A DNA stretch of 64,000 bases. Source: Camelus dromedarius. Lineage: Eukaryota. The stretch covers positions 81,964,001 through 82,028,000 of the forward strand of contig NC_087439.1 of assembly GCF_036321535.1 (NCBI RefSeq), given 5' to 3'. Under the pieces are notes generated by a model that worked only from the letters and a program-made list of their open reading frames with translations, was not told where the DNA came from and ran no database searches. Positions 1 to 21,359 of this stretch are shown here, piece by piece. A program made the position numbers and the translations under genes. Each line of letters opens with the position of its first letter. Positions within the stretch are counted from its first letter, which is position 1.

Positions 1-207
1 CTTGTCTGGGCTGAGCACCTCATTTCTGCATATGATACTAATGGCTCCAGTTCTTGATGTGTCCCTTTATCTTGGGTGACAAAATACAAACAGTTTTATT
101 TCAAGATGATCTGGATCATGTACATTCTTATACATCTGTGGCAGCCCACACCCTTCCACCCTTTCCTTATTCTTTAAATGGATCTAACATATCAAATTTT
201 CCCCTAG

Positions 208-1783
208 GTTCAGAGTCAGAGGGAGAGGATGGCTCCCAGGTGGAGCTAGAGCTAGCAGAATTGACACTGGGGACCCTGGATCTTCGTGAGTTTGAGATAT
301 TGCCCAAGCGGAGAAGGAGAAAAAGGAATAAGGAGAAAAACCGAGACCTGGAGGCTGGGGCACACGTGCCTCTTCCCCAGCAACCTCAAGATGATGAGGC
401 CAAGTCCCCCGCTCAGCCAGAGCTCTGGGACGTGCTTCTAGTTGCTTGCCGAGCAGGAGATATGGGAATGCTGAAGCTCCAGCTAGCTGCCAGCCCCGTG
501 GACCCTGGGGTTCTGTCTCTGCTCAGTGCCCCTTTGGGCTCTGGTGGCTTTACCCTCTTGCACGCAGCAGCCGCAGCTGGGAGAGGCTCAGTGGTTCGCC
601 TGCTGCTGGAGGCAGGTGCGGACCCCACTGTGCAGTAAGTAAGGGTCCTCATGCTGATCCCTTTTGGGGTATGTAGAGGATGAGCTAGAGGCTAACTTTG
701 GCATGGGTTACATTGACAGTATTCCCCTCGGTCAGTCTGGGTAATGTTGGGAGATGAAGGAGGCAAACTGAACCCATTTTTGGGGTTTTCGCACCTAGGG
801 ACTCCCGGGCCCGGCCTCCATATACAGTTGCAGCTGATAAATCAACACGAAATGAGTTCCGGAGGTTCATGGAGAAGAATCCAGATGCTTATGATTATAG
901 CAAGGCTCAGGTCAGCTGGAAGAGGAAGGAGCAGAGTGGGAAGGCATCAGAGACCTTGGCTAGCTCCCTTCTACTTTCTTACAGTTCTACCAAGGAGCAT
1001 TTGTATAGGTCTCACCTTACACCTTCCGGAAATCCTCCAGGTGCCAGGGCCACTGACAGCAGAAATGGAGGCACGGCACGCTGCCCGGAAAAGGGAGCAG
1101 AAGGCAGCTCGGCGGCACCAGGAGGAACAGCAGCGGAAGCAACAGGAGCAGGAGAAGCGGGAGCAAGAAGAGCAGCGGCGGTTTGCTGCCCTCAGCGACC
1201 GTGAGAAGGTGAGGCTGGAGGTTCTTTCTTCCACAGCAAGACTTCCTTGGAAGACTAATCCCTTCCTCAGTGTGCAGCTGTCACCTCGTGGGTACCCTCT
1301 CCAGCACTGGGGCCTTGTCCTTAATACAGCTTCTCTTCCCCTCAGAGAGCTCTGGCTGCAGAACGCCGACTAGCTGCCCAGTTGGGAGCCCCTACCCCTC
1401 AGATTCCTGAGCCTGCGATCATCAATGTTCAGTATGTAGAGGAGGGCGGGTGGGGATGGGTGGACTATGATATAGCAGGGACCATTCTGGACAAGCAGAA
1501 TGAGTGCCTGCTCAGTGTTCAGAAAGGCTGTTGAGGGGATTTGAGAAGTTCTGGGAACCTTTGAAGTAAAAACAGAAGTGGCAGGAGGAAAGATGGAGAA
1601 AGCATAGATTGGAAGGTTTCTGGGATACCTGCCCAGCCATTTTTCTTTCTCTTGTTCAGACGCTGCTGGAGTTGTGGGACATCCCTCCAAGGCCTCATTC
1701 CCTTTCACTACCTTGACTTCTCGTTCTGCTCCACACGCTGCCTCCGGGATCATCGCTGTCAGGCTGGAAAGCCCTCTTCCTGA
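208..1783 (+). CDS. ANKZF1: Ankyrin repeat and zinc finger peptidyl-tRNA hydrolase 1, last six coding exons (5' part outside window)
   Basis: Exons 208-634, 799-910, 1041-1208, 1346-1431 and 1660-1783 have AG/GT ends and consistent phase; stop TGA 1781-1783 (five exons traced here; an upstream exon supplies the first base of the codon at 207-209). The translation gives an ankyrin repeat ([30 protein letters not shown]), [33 protein letters not shown], a coiled coil, a VIM-type motif R-x5-AA-x2-R ([11 protein letters not shown]) and the C-terminus [27 protein letters not shown]...GKPSS*, matching ANKZF1 as I know it. Confidence 0.95.
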
Positions 1784-1961
1784 TCTCTTATAGCTCCACG
1801 TGGGGCCAACTCTAGGCCAAGAGGGCACATTCACACTGGCCCTAGGTTTCTTCTTCCCCATGAAACCAGAGAATATTTAGAAGATTAGGGTGAAGGCCAG
1901 TTAGGAACCAGGGCAAAGTCAGGGCCACAGAAGTATGTGGGGCTGGTGCTGTCTCTGGAAC

Positions 1962-1967
1962 TTTAAT
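1962..1967 (-). terminator. Candidate GLB1L polyadenylation signal ATTAAA
   Basis: tttaat on + reads ATTAAA on -, about 130 nt after the GLB1L stop. Confidence 0.6.
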
Positions 1968-1970
1968 CAC

Positions 1971-1976
1971 AATAAA
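1971..1976 (+). terminator. ANKZF1 polyadenylation signal AATAAA
   Basis: Canonical hexamer about 190 nt after the ANKZF1 stop, followed by G/T-rich sequence. Confidence 0.75.
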
Positions 1977-2098
1977 GTTTGGCAAGGAAACTGCACTTGT
2001 ACTTACATTCAGGCTTGTGGCCTTTGGTTCCTTATGGTCACCGTGGCTAGCACCAAGGGATCCTGCCCACTCCATGTCCCAGGGACAAGGGTTACTTT

Positions 2099-8168
<6,070 letters not shown>

Positions 8169-8344
8169 GACGCTTTCAGGGCTCTTCTAGTCAGGGACGG
8201 TGGTCCGACAGTCGTCACGTGGTGGATTCCTGGGAGGGAACCTCAGCGAGCAAGTGGGCGGAGACCACCCCAAGTTGCTAGGCAGTTAGCCTGGACTTTG
8301 TCTCCAGCCTGCAGCCACCCGCTACTAGTTTGTAAAATCCTCTA

Positions 8345-8515
8345 CATCATGCTATTCAGAGGGCAGTTCACGAACCAGCTTCATCAGCATCACCTGTAAG
8401 CTTGTTAGAAATGCAGAGTCTCAGATCCCACCTCAGACCTATAGAATCAGAATTTGTATTTTAACAAGACTTCCAGATGCTCTTAAGCACATTCAAGACT
8501 GATAAGCAGTCCTCT
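8345..8515. mobile_element. MER5A-like hAT/Charlie DNA transposon relic
   Basis: Diagnostic stretch catcagcatcacctg...cttgttagaaatgcagagtctcag...cccacctcagacct...agaatcagaat...ttttaacaag resembles the MER5A consensus (from memory). Boundaries approximate. Confidence 0.6.
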
Positions 8516-8964
8516 ACTAGACTGAGGTTGGGAGGGCCTTGTCCAGCCTGAATCCTCCGCTTCTAGCATAGGGCCTGGCGCATAGCAGGTTAAATCTAGA
8601 TGAATGTCAGAATCAGGGGGCTAAGACAAGTTCAGAACCAAGGGAAACCAGAGGAAGACCTCCCAGTTTGTGAAAGGAGTTTGGGGGACAAGGTTACAAG
8701 AGGGATCTTTTTCCTGGAGAGGTCTGTTTCAACAAAAGAGACCATCTAGGCCATTCTATCTTCTTTGGATGTGCACCCCTTTCCAATTTATCCCTGCCTG
8801 CCTGCCTGGGCGAGAGACGTCGGGGACAACTGCTTGTTACCATGGCTTGGAAATTTGTGAATTTCCATTACTCCTGCTTTCACAGTCCCAAGCCTGGGAT
8901 GTGAGGGCCAGGGTAATAATAAGTGTTATTCTTTCTGCTTATTGACACTACTGAGGACTGTGTG

Positions 8965-9305
8965 TCAAATACTGTGCTAAGCACTTTACATCTCATTTAA
9001 TCCTCAAACAACTCCGTGAAGTAGATAACTATCATTCACACTTAACTGATGAGAAGATTGAAAGATAGAAATATTAAGTAGCCTACCCAAGGTCACATAA
9101 CTAGTTTAGAAGAGCTGGGATTTGAACAAGGCAGTCTGGCCTCACAGTTCATGCACTTAACCTTAGGTACTATTATACCTATTTTACAGTTAGGGAAAGT
9201 GAAGCTCCGAGAGATTAAATAACTTGTCCAGGTCACACAGCTAGTAGGTTATTAAGATAGGATTCAGACCCCAGTCTGGTTCAAGAGCCTAAGCTCTTAA
9301 CCACT
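8965..9305 (-). mobile_element. Two adjacent MIR fragments
   Basis: MIR core motifs (ctcatttaatcctc...aac, attttacag...gaaagtgaagctccgagag...aacttgtcc.aggtcacacagctagta, ggatttgaac). Boundaries approximate. Confidence 0.65.
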
Positions 9306-9359
9306 GAGACTACAGTAATGGGATACAGGCCAGAGACTTCAAGGTTGTACTGATCAGAG

Positions 9360-10190
9360 TTCTAGGGGTCCAGGCCGCCAGCACTCGCTCCTCTCAGCAT
9401 TCCCTTCCAGGCTGGACCTTAGTCGGCCACCCAGCTCGCCGGAGGTATGAAGCCTCCTACCTCCGGCATTGGGAGATGGTGGTCCTGGGGGTCTCGGGCC
9501 GAGCCCGGCTTTGCTCTCCTTTGGCGTAAGTGCCTGCGTCTTGACCCCTACCGAAGGCCAGGTGTGGAACCCACACCCGGGTCCTGTGACCCGTCCTCCC
9601 CCAGGCCTAGCCCGCGCCCGGCCTCTCAGCTCCGCGCCGCAACATCGCCCGGATGCCCAGCGGTTGCTAGGATACCGCGGGCCGTTACGCCGGCGCGGAC
9701 TGATGACGCGTATGCGGCTTCCGGTCCTTGGCGCTTCCTTCCAGCCTAAGCAGGTCAATCAGGAGTCCCGGCTGGCGCACCTGGGTCTCTTCGCAGCGTG
9801 ACCGAGAGTGGGATCTGCAAGGGGTGAGCTGGGACCTCGCACCTGCCCCCGGAACTACCCCATGCCCTGCCTTTGTGGCCTGACGGGCGTGGGATTGGGG
9901 GCCGCCCAAAGGAAGGACAGGCCTGGGAGTCGCCTCGGGGCCTAAGGCTTTGGGGCATCTGACCCCAGCCTTTTTGGAGTCGGCGTCGCCAGGGCCCTTT
10001 TCTCTAAATTCCGAGACCTGCGCCAGAACGCTCCACGTTGGCACTTCAGGGCGCTTCTGGATTGTGTCCGGCCCGCGACCCTGCCGTTCTTTTCCTTCCA
10101 GCATGATCCGCTGGAACCCCCACGCCTTGCCTGAAAAAGACCACTCAACCTGGACGAACCCTTTGGCAGCCTCCGACCGTCCTTGAGGAG
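9360..10190. promoter_or_regulatory. CpG-rich bidirectional promoter region of GLB1L (-) and STK16 (+)
   Basis: Dense CpG between two divergent ATG exons (8168 - and 10206 +). It contains an ETS-type CTTCCGG (~9718-9723), a TGACG half-CRE and an X-box-like GTTGCTAGGATAC (9663-9675). Confidence 0.75.
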
Positions 10191-10205
10191 GATGACTGAG
10201 ACACA

Positions 10206-12731
10206 ATGGGCCAGGCGCTGTGTGTTTGCTCTCGGGAAACTGTCATCATTGACAATAAGCGCTACCTCTTCATCCAGAAACTGGGGGAGGGGTGAGTGTT
10301 TGGAAATCACTTAGCTAGTCCCCAGGGTTATGGTCTTTGAAGGACAGCAGTTTGCACATGATAGGGGCACGAAAGTTTTATCCCTAGCCTTTAATTCACC
10401 TGTCAGAGCCCATCTATGTGGTGGTCAAGAAAGTGGATTGTGGAGCCAGGCCTCCTAGATACACCATGTATGACCTTTATAAACCATAGTTTCTTCATCT
10501 GCTTATTGAAACTAATTAAGCTTCACTGGCTGGGCTGTGAGAATGAAATGAGATGATGCATATTAAACGTCTTACCTACTGCCTGGCTCATAGCACTTGA
10601 TAAATGTTGACTATTATTTGTTTAATATTTCTTGACTATCTGTCATATGCATAGCACTGTGTTATGACCATAGGACCTCAAAGATAACTATGTTCCTGCT
10701 CTTGAGCTCAGAATGTAATCTACAGGCTTTTAGAGCCACACTGTGGGATAGTTGCTACTGAATGGGAAAGACGCCCCCTCTCTTCTCCCCAGGGAATTCC
10801 TCTGGGTCCAAGCAGTGTGGGAGATGACCATAGTCCTTCACTGACCCCTTTGGCCCACAGTGGGTTCAGCTATGTGGACCTAGTGGAGGGGTTACATGAT
10901 GGACAGTTCTACGCCCTGAAGCGAATCCTGTGTCATGAGCAGCAGGACCGAGAGGAGGCCCAACGAGAAGCAGACATGCATCGCCTCTTCCATCACCCCA
11001 ACATTCTTCGCCTTGTGGCTTATTGTCTGAGGGAGCGAGGCACTAAACATGAGGCCTGGCTGCTGCTACCCTTCTTTAAGGTCAGAAAGTCTCCTGGCTG
11101 TGGAGGGGGTTACAACAGAGCCACCTTCGAAAGGCTGTGTAAGCAGTCAAGCACGTTAGGAAACTTGGGCTGTGTCCTGGTTTGAGTACTTCAGATTTGG
11201 GGTCTAGGGAATCCAGATGGGACTGTGGGGTGTGTAGTGAAAGAGTTGATAGGCTTTGACATAGGGAAAGGATCGGGCTTAGGGACCAGAGGCTTAAAAA
11301 TCATCAACTGTGGGGAAACTTGTTTTGCAGAGAGGTACACTGTGGAATGAGATAGAAAAGCTGAAGGACAAAGGCAACTTCTTGACTGAAGAGCAAATCC
11401 TTCGGCTGCTGCTGGGTATCTGCAGAGGCCTTGAGGCTATTCATGCCAAGGGTTATGCCCACAGGTCAGTGGGAGGCTCCTGTGTACTTGATGGGTAGAA
11501 AGGAAGAGCATCATCAAGAGAAATGGGAGGTCTCTGCTTTCCTCCCAAGGAACAGCTCCCTTGATTCTTTTGCACCCCTAGGATTCCAGCCTCCTTGTTC
11601 AAAGATGCTCATGGGTCATTTCTCCTTCCTTGCAGGGACCTGAAGCCCACCAATATCTTGCTTGGAGATGAGGGGCAGCCAGTTTTAATGGACTTGGGTT
11701 CCATGAATCAAGCATGCATCCATGTGGAGGGGTCCCGCCAAGCTCTGACCCTACAGGTAAGAGTCTCTGGGTTCCTTTGCCCACCTGTTCCCCATCCTCA
11801 ACTCCTTTTGGTGCATTCCCCAATTTGGTCATGTGACCATGATTTGTGCCCCACTTTTGAACTCTGGGGCCACTGTTCCAGGACTGGGCAGCCCAGCGGT
11901 GCACCATCTCTTACCGAGCCCCGGAGCTTTTTTCCGTGCAGAGTCACTGTATCATCGATGAGCGAACTGATGTCTGGGTGAGGAGCATGTAGGTGGGAAT
12001 CTGGGTGGGGAGGAATACCACTGTGTACCTACTGTGGAGTTGAGGAGCAGGCCTTTGGTTTCTAGTGCATGGGGCCCCAGGAACCATGTATGTCCCCATC
12101 CCCCCTTGACTTCCTTCCTGGGAACTGTCACTGACACTGTACAGTTACTCAGGAAGTGGTATAATCTCCACCCTTTGAACAGGGTGAGTACAGCTAAGTG
12201 TCAGGGCTGCAGAGACCTCCAGCTAACTTTCTCCGGGCTCTGGTGGTGTCACGTGGCTGGGGTCGGCATATTCTTTTTAGCTATTGTAGTCTCCTTTCAC
12301 TACAGAATTAAGAGGAGAGGTTATCACCTCCATTAGTGCCCTTCCAAGGAATAACCAAGTTATGCTCAGTCCCTAGGTTGTGTTCTATATGCCATGATGT
12401 TTGGGGAAGGCCCTTATGACATGGTGTTCCAGAAGGGTGACAGTGTGGCCCTTGCTGTACAGAACCAGCTCAGCATCCCACAGAGCCCCAGGTGAGCAAG
12501 GAAAGGAGCAGCAAGCACTTCAGGCTTCTCCCTGCCAATAGCAGGGTTGGAGCCATAGCTGCTCTCGTCACCCTGTCCTCCTCCTCCTACAGGCATTCTT
12601 CAGCCTTGCGGCAGCTGCTGACCCTAATGATGACTGTGGACCCCCAGCAGCGTCCTCACATTCCTTTCCTTCTCAGTCAGTTGGAGGCACTGCAGCCCCC
12701 AGCTCAGGGCCAGGACACTACCCAAATCTGA
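10206..12731 (+). CDS. STK16: Serine/threonine kinase 16 (MPSK1, NAK family), 305 aa, 7 coding exons
   Basis: Exons 10206-10291, 10861-11080, 11331-11464, 11636-11756, 11882-11977, 12370-12491 and 12593-12731 total 918 nt. N-terminus MGQALCVCS (Gly2 and Cys6/Cys8 acylation pattern); kinase motifs LGEGGFSYV, YALKRI, HRDLKPTN, DLGS, YRAPE, DVWSLG. Confidence 0.97.
10418..10620 (+). mobile_element. MIR
   Basis: gtggtcaaga...tggagcca...agtttcttcatctg...tgtgagaatgaaatgagat...tgcctggc.catag pattern of MIR. Boundaries approximate. Confidence 0.6.
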
Positions 12732-13057
12732 ACAAACCAGTGGCCATATAGAGGTGTCCCCTCTGCCTTGGGAAGGATTCCCATCCCTCATTGGAATCCC
12801 CATCCATTCTATCCAGGACAACTCTCTTGTAGTTGTGGGCAGCTGGGGGTAGAGACAGCGCAGTATTGTCTCTGCTTCTGTTCTCTTACCCCCAAAAGCA
12901 ACAACTGGAAAGGCAGCCTGACTGGGTAGGAGTGGGAAAGGGTGGGGGATGGGGAGAGGGAAACTGATAGAATCTGGTAAAGGCTCTGAGCAGGACTGCT
13001 GAGCTTACATCATGATCTGCCTCCAAATCTGGGAGCAGGAGAATGTATTCATAGAAG

Positions 13058-13063
13058 AATAAA
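13058..13063 (+). terminator. STK16 polyadenylation signal AATAAA
   Basis: First canonical hexamer I found after the stop (about 330 nt), followed by GT-rich sequence. Confidence 0.7.
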
Positions 13064-14553
13064 GCAAAAGCAGCTTGGTGTGGTCTTAATCTCATTGTTC
13101 CTGGAGTGAGAGAAGAGGTGCATGGGGCCCGAAGTCTGGTTTCCATTTCCAAGGGCAGATCCTAGATTGAAGAGGGACTGGCGGAGAGCCAGGAACGGTG
13201 TGACTTCATCATCCTACATATGGAGGCACATGTCCTTACCTTGGATCTGGCTGGTTGGCAGTGGGCAAGTCTTCTCCTATCTTCTTAGTCATAGACTTAA
13301 AGCTGCTCTGGCTTGAGCTGGCTTTTATGCCAAGAATTGGGACCAAGGCCCCCTAAAAGCACACTCAACTCTTACTTTCCTTCCCTCATTCCCAGGGCTG
13401 GGAGGCTTAGTCAAAGCAGCCCAGCCGGTTTGCCAGGCAAGGGCTTCTGGGTGGAGACGCCTGAGGAAGCTTTGAGACAGCTACATAACAGGTCTCCAGC
13501 CTCAGCCTAGGGGCAAGGGGAGTGGAGGTGGCAGCCATTTTGGCCCAGAGTCTCTCCCAGATGGTTGTAGTTCACATATGACTAATGGTTAATGGTTAAT
13601 GAGGCCAGTGTGGTGTGGCAGTATCCAGCTGCCATTTCCTGCCTACTCTGCTGAGTAAACAGGGGCCCTGCCTTTGCTGAGCTTGAAACCTGTTCCCCTG
13701 GGAAGGGCACTGTGTCCGTGAATCACCAGGGAGGGGAGGCAGGGGCAGGGTTGGCATCTTCTGCTCCTGAGATTGAAGCTTCCCCTCCCCCCCACTGTGC
13801 CCACCCCCACATGCTGACATCAGTGTGGGTCCTGGGGTGCCTATTAGCAAAGATGAAATTTTCCCCAAGGCCCTAGTAGGAGGCTCCCACCAGCTAGCAC
13901 AGAGGCTGAGGCCAGAAAGAAAGCACAACAGAGGGGAGATGACCTGACTTTTAATGGCATTACTCTAGGCCCCAGCAAAGCAGCGGGACAGATAGTAAGC
14001 TTTGCAAAGCTGCTGGGAGGTGCAGTGACACAAACAACTCCAGGAGATCACCCGTGTTTCCTCCCATCCCCCAAGCATATGACTAGGCTCCTTGCCCAGG
14101 AACTCTGGGCCAGCTCAGCCCCACTCCCAAGCCCTTATAACACAGAGATGCCTGGGCCAAGCGTTGCTTCCAGAGTCAGTGAATGCAGAGCAGCAAGAAG
14201 AATAGGGTAGCAGTCTAACTCAAATACAGAAACTGCTGGGCTTAAACTCCTACTTGGAAAGGAAGTGAAGCCTGATATCCTTTAACAGCTCATGGCTGGA
14301 CAGACAGGTCCAAGATTCAGTCCTCATCTCCCCCCTATCCTGTTCGCCCCTCGGATCATACATGGGGTCATGTTTCCTGGGCGTGGCAAGGGTCCCTTGG
14401 CAGGTCTCACCTTCAGCCATGGAAGGGAAGAAGGTCATGAGCAGCAAATAGTGAGGGCAGCAGCAGAAGCAGCAGCAGCAGTAGCAGCACAAATAGGGAA
14501 GGCAGCAGAAGCTTACGCACTCAGAGGGGACAAGAAACCGTGCAAGGAGACTG

Positions 14554-14559
14554 TTTATT
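14554..14559 (-). terminator. TUBA4A proximal polyadenylation signal AATAAA
   Basis: tttatt on +, 50 nt after the stop codon. Confidence 0.65.
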
Positions 14560-14608
14560 TCGAAAGGATTTTGCAATAAACATAGTGAGTAGGCTCCAGG
14601 CAGCTGTT

Positions 14609-18286
<3,678 letters not shown>

Positions 18287-18732
18287 GGTGAGTCCGGGCG
18301 GTGGGTCTCACGTAGAGTCCGGGTGACGGGTCTCAGTGAGAACTGCGCTAGCTGCAGTGCCGCACCGCTCTTATATGCGGGGGGGCGGGCCTGTGCCATC
18401 CGACCGCCCACTAGGTGCTGTGCGGCCCAGAGGCCACGCCCCCGAAGGGTAGGTTGCCGGGAGAGGTGGGGCCAGGGAGAGTCCCCTCCCCCGGACGTGC
18501 CTGCGTCCCTCACCTGTCGGACGTGGGTTAGAAGTAGCGACGGGATCTTTAACCCTTCGCTCCCGGTTTTGAGCTGACACTCAGGGATCCTGAGCTCCGC
18601 TGTTGGGACCCAGGGCGCGGTACCTGGGCGTGTCTCGCCTGCACCTGCGTCATGGGGGCACTTGTCGCTCAGGTGTTCTGACTTAGGCCGGGTGCTGTAG
18701 AGGCTGTTTTTCCAAAGTGGCTGCAGCCAGCC

Positions 18733-18852
18733 TTCGCTGGTGCCCTCCCCTCCGCGCCTCCCTGGAGGCTCTGGCTGGCTGCCTGGCTCCGGTTCGCTGG
18801 TGCCCTCCCCGCCGCGCCTCCCTGGAGGCTCTGGCCGGCTGCCTGGCTCCGG
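18733..18852. repeat. Two-copy 60-bp tandem duplication
   Basis: Units 18733-18792 and 18793-18852 are identical at 58/60 positions (differences at 18751/18811 and 18776/18836). Confidence 0.95.
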
Positions 18853-20182
18853 CCCACACCCTGCGAACCCCTTGTAACCGCATGCGGCCTGCTTGTCCCC
18901 GGCCGGTACTGCTGGCCTTCGCCAACTCCGGTGGGCGGCCGAGGACAGAGCGCTGCACAACCTGAGCCCCAGGGTGCCCATCCCTTAGGCTGCTCCACAG
19001 AGCTGAGCCCCACAGTCTGTCTGCGAGGGCTCACTCACAAAATCTGTTCCTGCTCGCCGGCTGCCCGCCGGTTAGTGGTCCCGTCATCAGCACCGTCACT
19101 ATTAGCAGGCCCTTGCCGCCGCCGCCGCCTGCTCGCTTTCCTGCTGCCAGAACCGCAGAGCTCTGGACTGAAGCCCTCAAGGCCTGGATTCGCATTCTCA
19201 CTACCCTATATGACCTTGGGCAAGTGACTTAAACTCACTCAATTTTTGGTATCTTCAACGGGGAAAAGGAGACAATGATTCCACCCTGAAAGCATTGTGA
19301 AGTATTATAGTGTTTGCTGACTCTGAAGAAGAAAAAAGAAAATGGAGATTCTGACATCATGGCTAATTTTGACTTTCCCATCCCCTTCGTCCCTAAGCCA
19401 CAGGCAGGATCTGCGACCTGCATCTCAGTGCCCTCAGCGTTCAGGCAGAGGCCTCAGCTGAAGCTGTTCCTTCATTCTACATTTTATTTCCTTTTCTTGC
19501 AAGAATGGGCTTTTCAATCTACTTCTGCTTTACCTGACATGTGTTGTGCTTTCTAGCTGTCTCCTTTCACTGGGAAATCGTCAGAAGTGCCTTATGTGCC
19601 TATTGTCATGTCCTTAAGAAACCTGTCTCCCAGGCTAGTCACTTGGAAGATTCACATGCCTCTCCTACCATCGTGTTTTCTAGGGCCAGGGCTGCCTGAC
19701 AATACAACACAATGGGATAAAATAACTATTAATGAACAACTTTCCGTTAACAAAATAGCTAATTGACACCTTACTTAGGCAAGGCAGGGAAAGGAATACA
19801 ATGAAATACGACAAGTTCTCTTTTTCCAGTAGACTTGTCATATGGTTGGGAGAACAAGACATTTATTTAAAAAAACAAAACTGGCAAGGGCATATAGTGA
19901 GGCTGCTTTGGAAACTGGGGTCTTGGTCTCTACAGAATAAGGAGCCCTGGTGATTACAGAGCATATGGCCTCTTGCAAGCTTCCTTGGCCCTCTTTTTCC
20001 CTTGTGCATTCCAACCCCAGCAGAATGAGTATTTTAGGAGACTTGAGCTATCTCAGGCCAAACTCTAAACCTCTTTGCCCTTCAGGTTCAGCTTCTTCCT
20101 TTGTAAAACTGGGATAACTTTGGACTGTGAGGATCAGATGAACTGAGAGATGTGTACATACACAGCAAAGCACTGTGGGGCA

Positions 20183-20225
20183 GGGGATATAGCTTAATGG
20201 TGGAGCACATGCTTAGCATGCATAG
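20183..20225 (+). mobile_element. 3'-truncated tRNA-derived SINE head (Vic-1-like)
   Basis: GGGGATATAGCTTAATGGTGGAGCACATGCTTAGCATGCA matches the 5' part of the other copies; B-box and tail are absent. Confidence 0.6.
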
Positions 20226-20589
20226 TGCATAGCTGTCTGGACTCTTAGAGCATTTTCTGCATTTATTTTAGTGTATGTAGCACATGATGCTGCAGTTACT
20301 CATATACATGTCCATCTTACTAGATGGCACTTTGTTGAAGGTAAGCATTGTGTCTTACCCATTTTTGGGTCTCTAGTTCGTAGTATGGTGCTTAGCACAT
20401 GGTAAACATTTGCAAAGTGTGTGTCAGATGAATTGTTTCACTACAGAGATGGGACTAAAATTAGAGTAGAAACCTAGGAAACCAGAAGTTGCAAATTAGC
20501 AGCCTGGAGGCCAAATTCCCTCTCAGAAATGTTTTGTTTGGCCCTCACAGTGTTAACCCCCATAGAGTTTAGAATATGGAAAAAATCAG

Positions 20590-21121
20590 GAATTGTCTTT
20601 ATTTGGGGCATTCCCAAGACCACCCCCCATATTAGGAGATTTGCTAGATGGACTCACAGCTAAGGTCCTTTACAGTGATGGAGGAACAATACACAGCTGG
20701 ATAATAAAGGAAAAACACACAAGCAGAGACTAAGGGACTGTATGCCCTCTCCCTCCCATAAAGGCGCACACAGTGTACTCTTCCTCCGAAATGAAAATGG
20801 AGCAACATTTCCCTGCAGTGTTTCTGCCCTAGGAAGCCCATTAGAGACTCAGCACCCAAGGTTTTTAGTGGGAGCTGGTCACACAGGGACCTCTGCCTTG
20901 CACATACCAAAATTCCAGACTCCCAGAAGAAAAGCAGGCATTTAGCATAAATCATATCATTTACACACAGTCTAGGCACAACGAACCATCTTTATCCATT
21001 AGCTGTTGACTGGGAACACTCTGAGAGCCAAGTTCCAGATGTCAGCAAAAGACCAACCTTGTGAGCAGGCCTTTCTAAGGATAGCAGTCTCAGGCCTGTT
21101 ACATTAATTCTTTTCTGCACA
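20590..21121 (+). mobile_element. MER21-family solo LTR
   Basis: Ends with ttctaaggatagcagtctcaggcctgttacattaattcttttctgcaca, resembling MER21-type 3' ends (from memory); internal ggactcacag, actcag...ccaaggttttta and aaattccagactcccagaag motifs. Confidence 0.5.
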
Positions 21122-21359
21122 GTCATGTAAAAATCCAGATTTCTAGTTTATCTTGAGAAGAACTGGAAAATCTGGCTATAGTAGGCCTGCATTCCCATTT
21201 AGAAGCTGTGATAGGCNNNNNNNNNNNNNNNNNNNNNNNNNNNNNNNNNNNNNNNNNNNNNNNNNNNNNNNNNNNNNNNNNNNNNNNNNNNNNNNNNNNN
21301 NNNNNNNNNNNNNNNNNNNNNNNNNNNNNNNNNNNNNNNNNNNNNNNNNNNNNNNNNNN

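Noticed and set aside
10206-10291. STK16 N-terminal differences from the human sequence as I recall it (MGQ..SRE vs MGH..SRG)
   Set aside because: Gly2, Cys6 and Cys8 are intact; these look like ordinary species substitutions.
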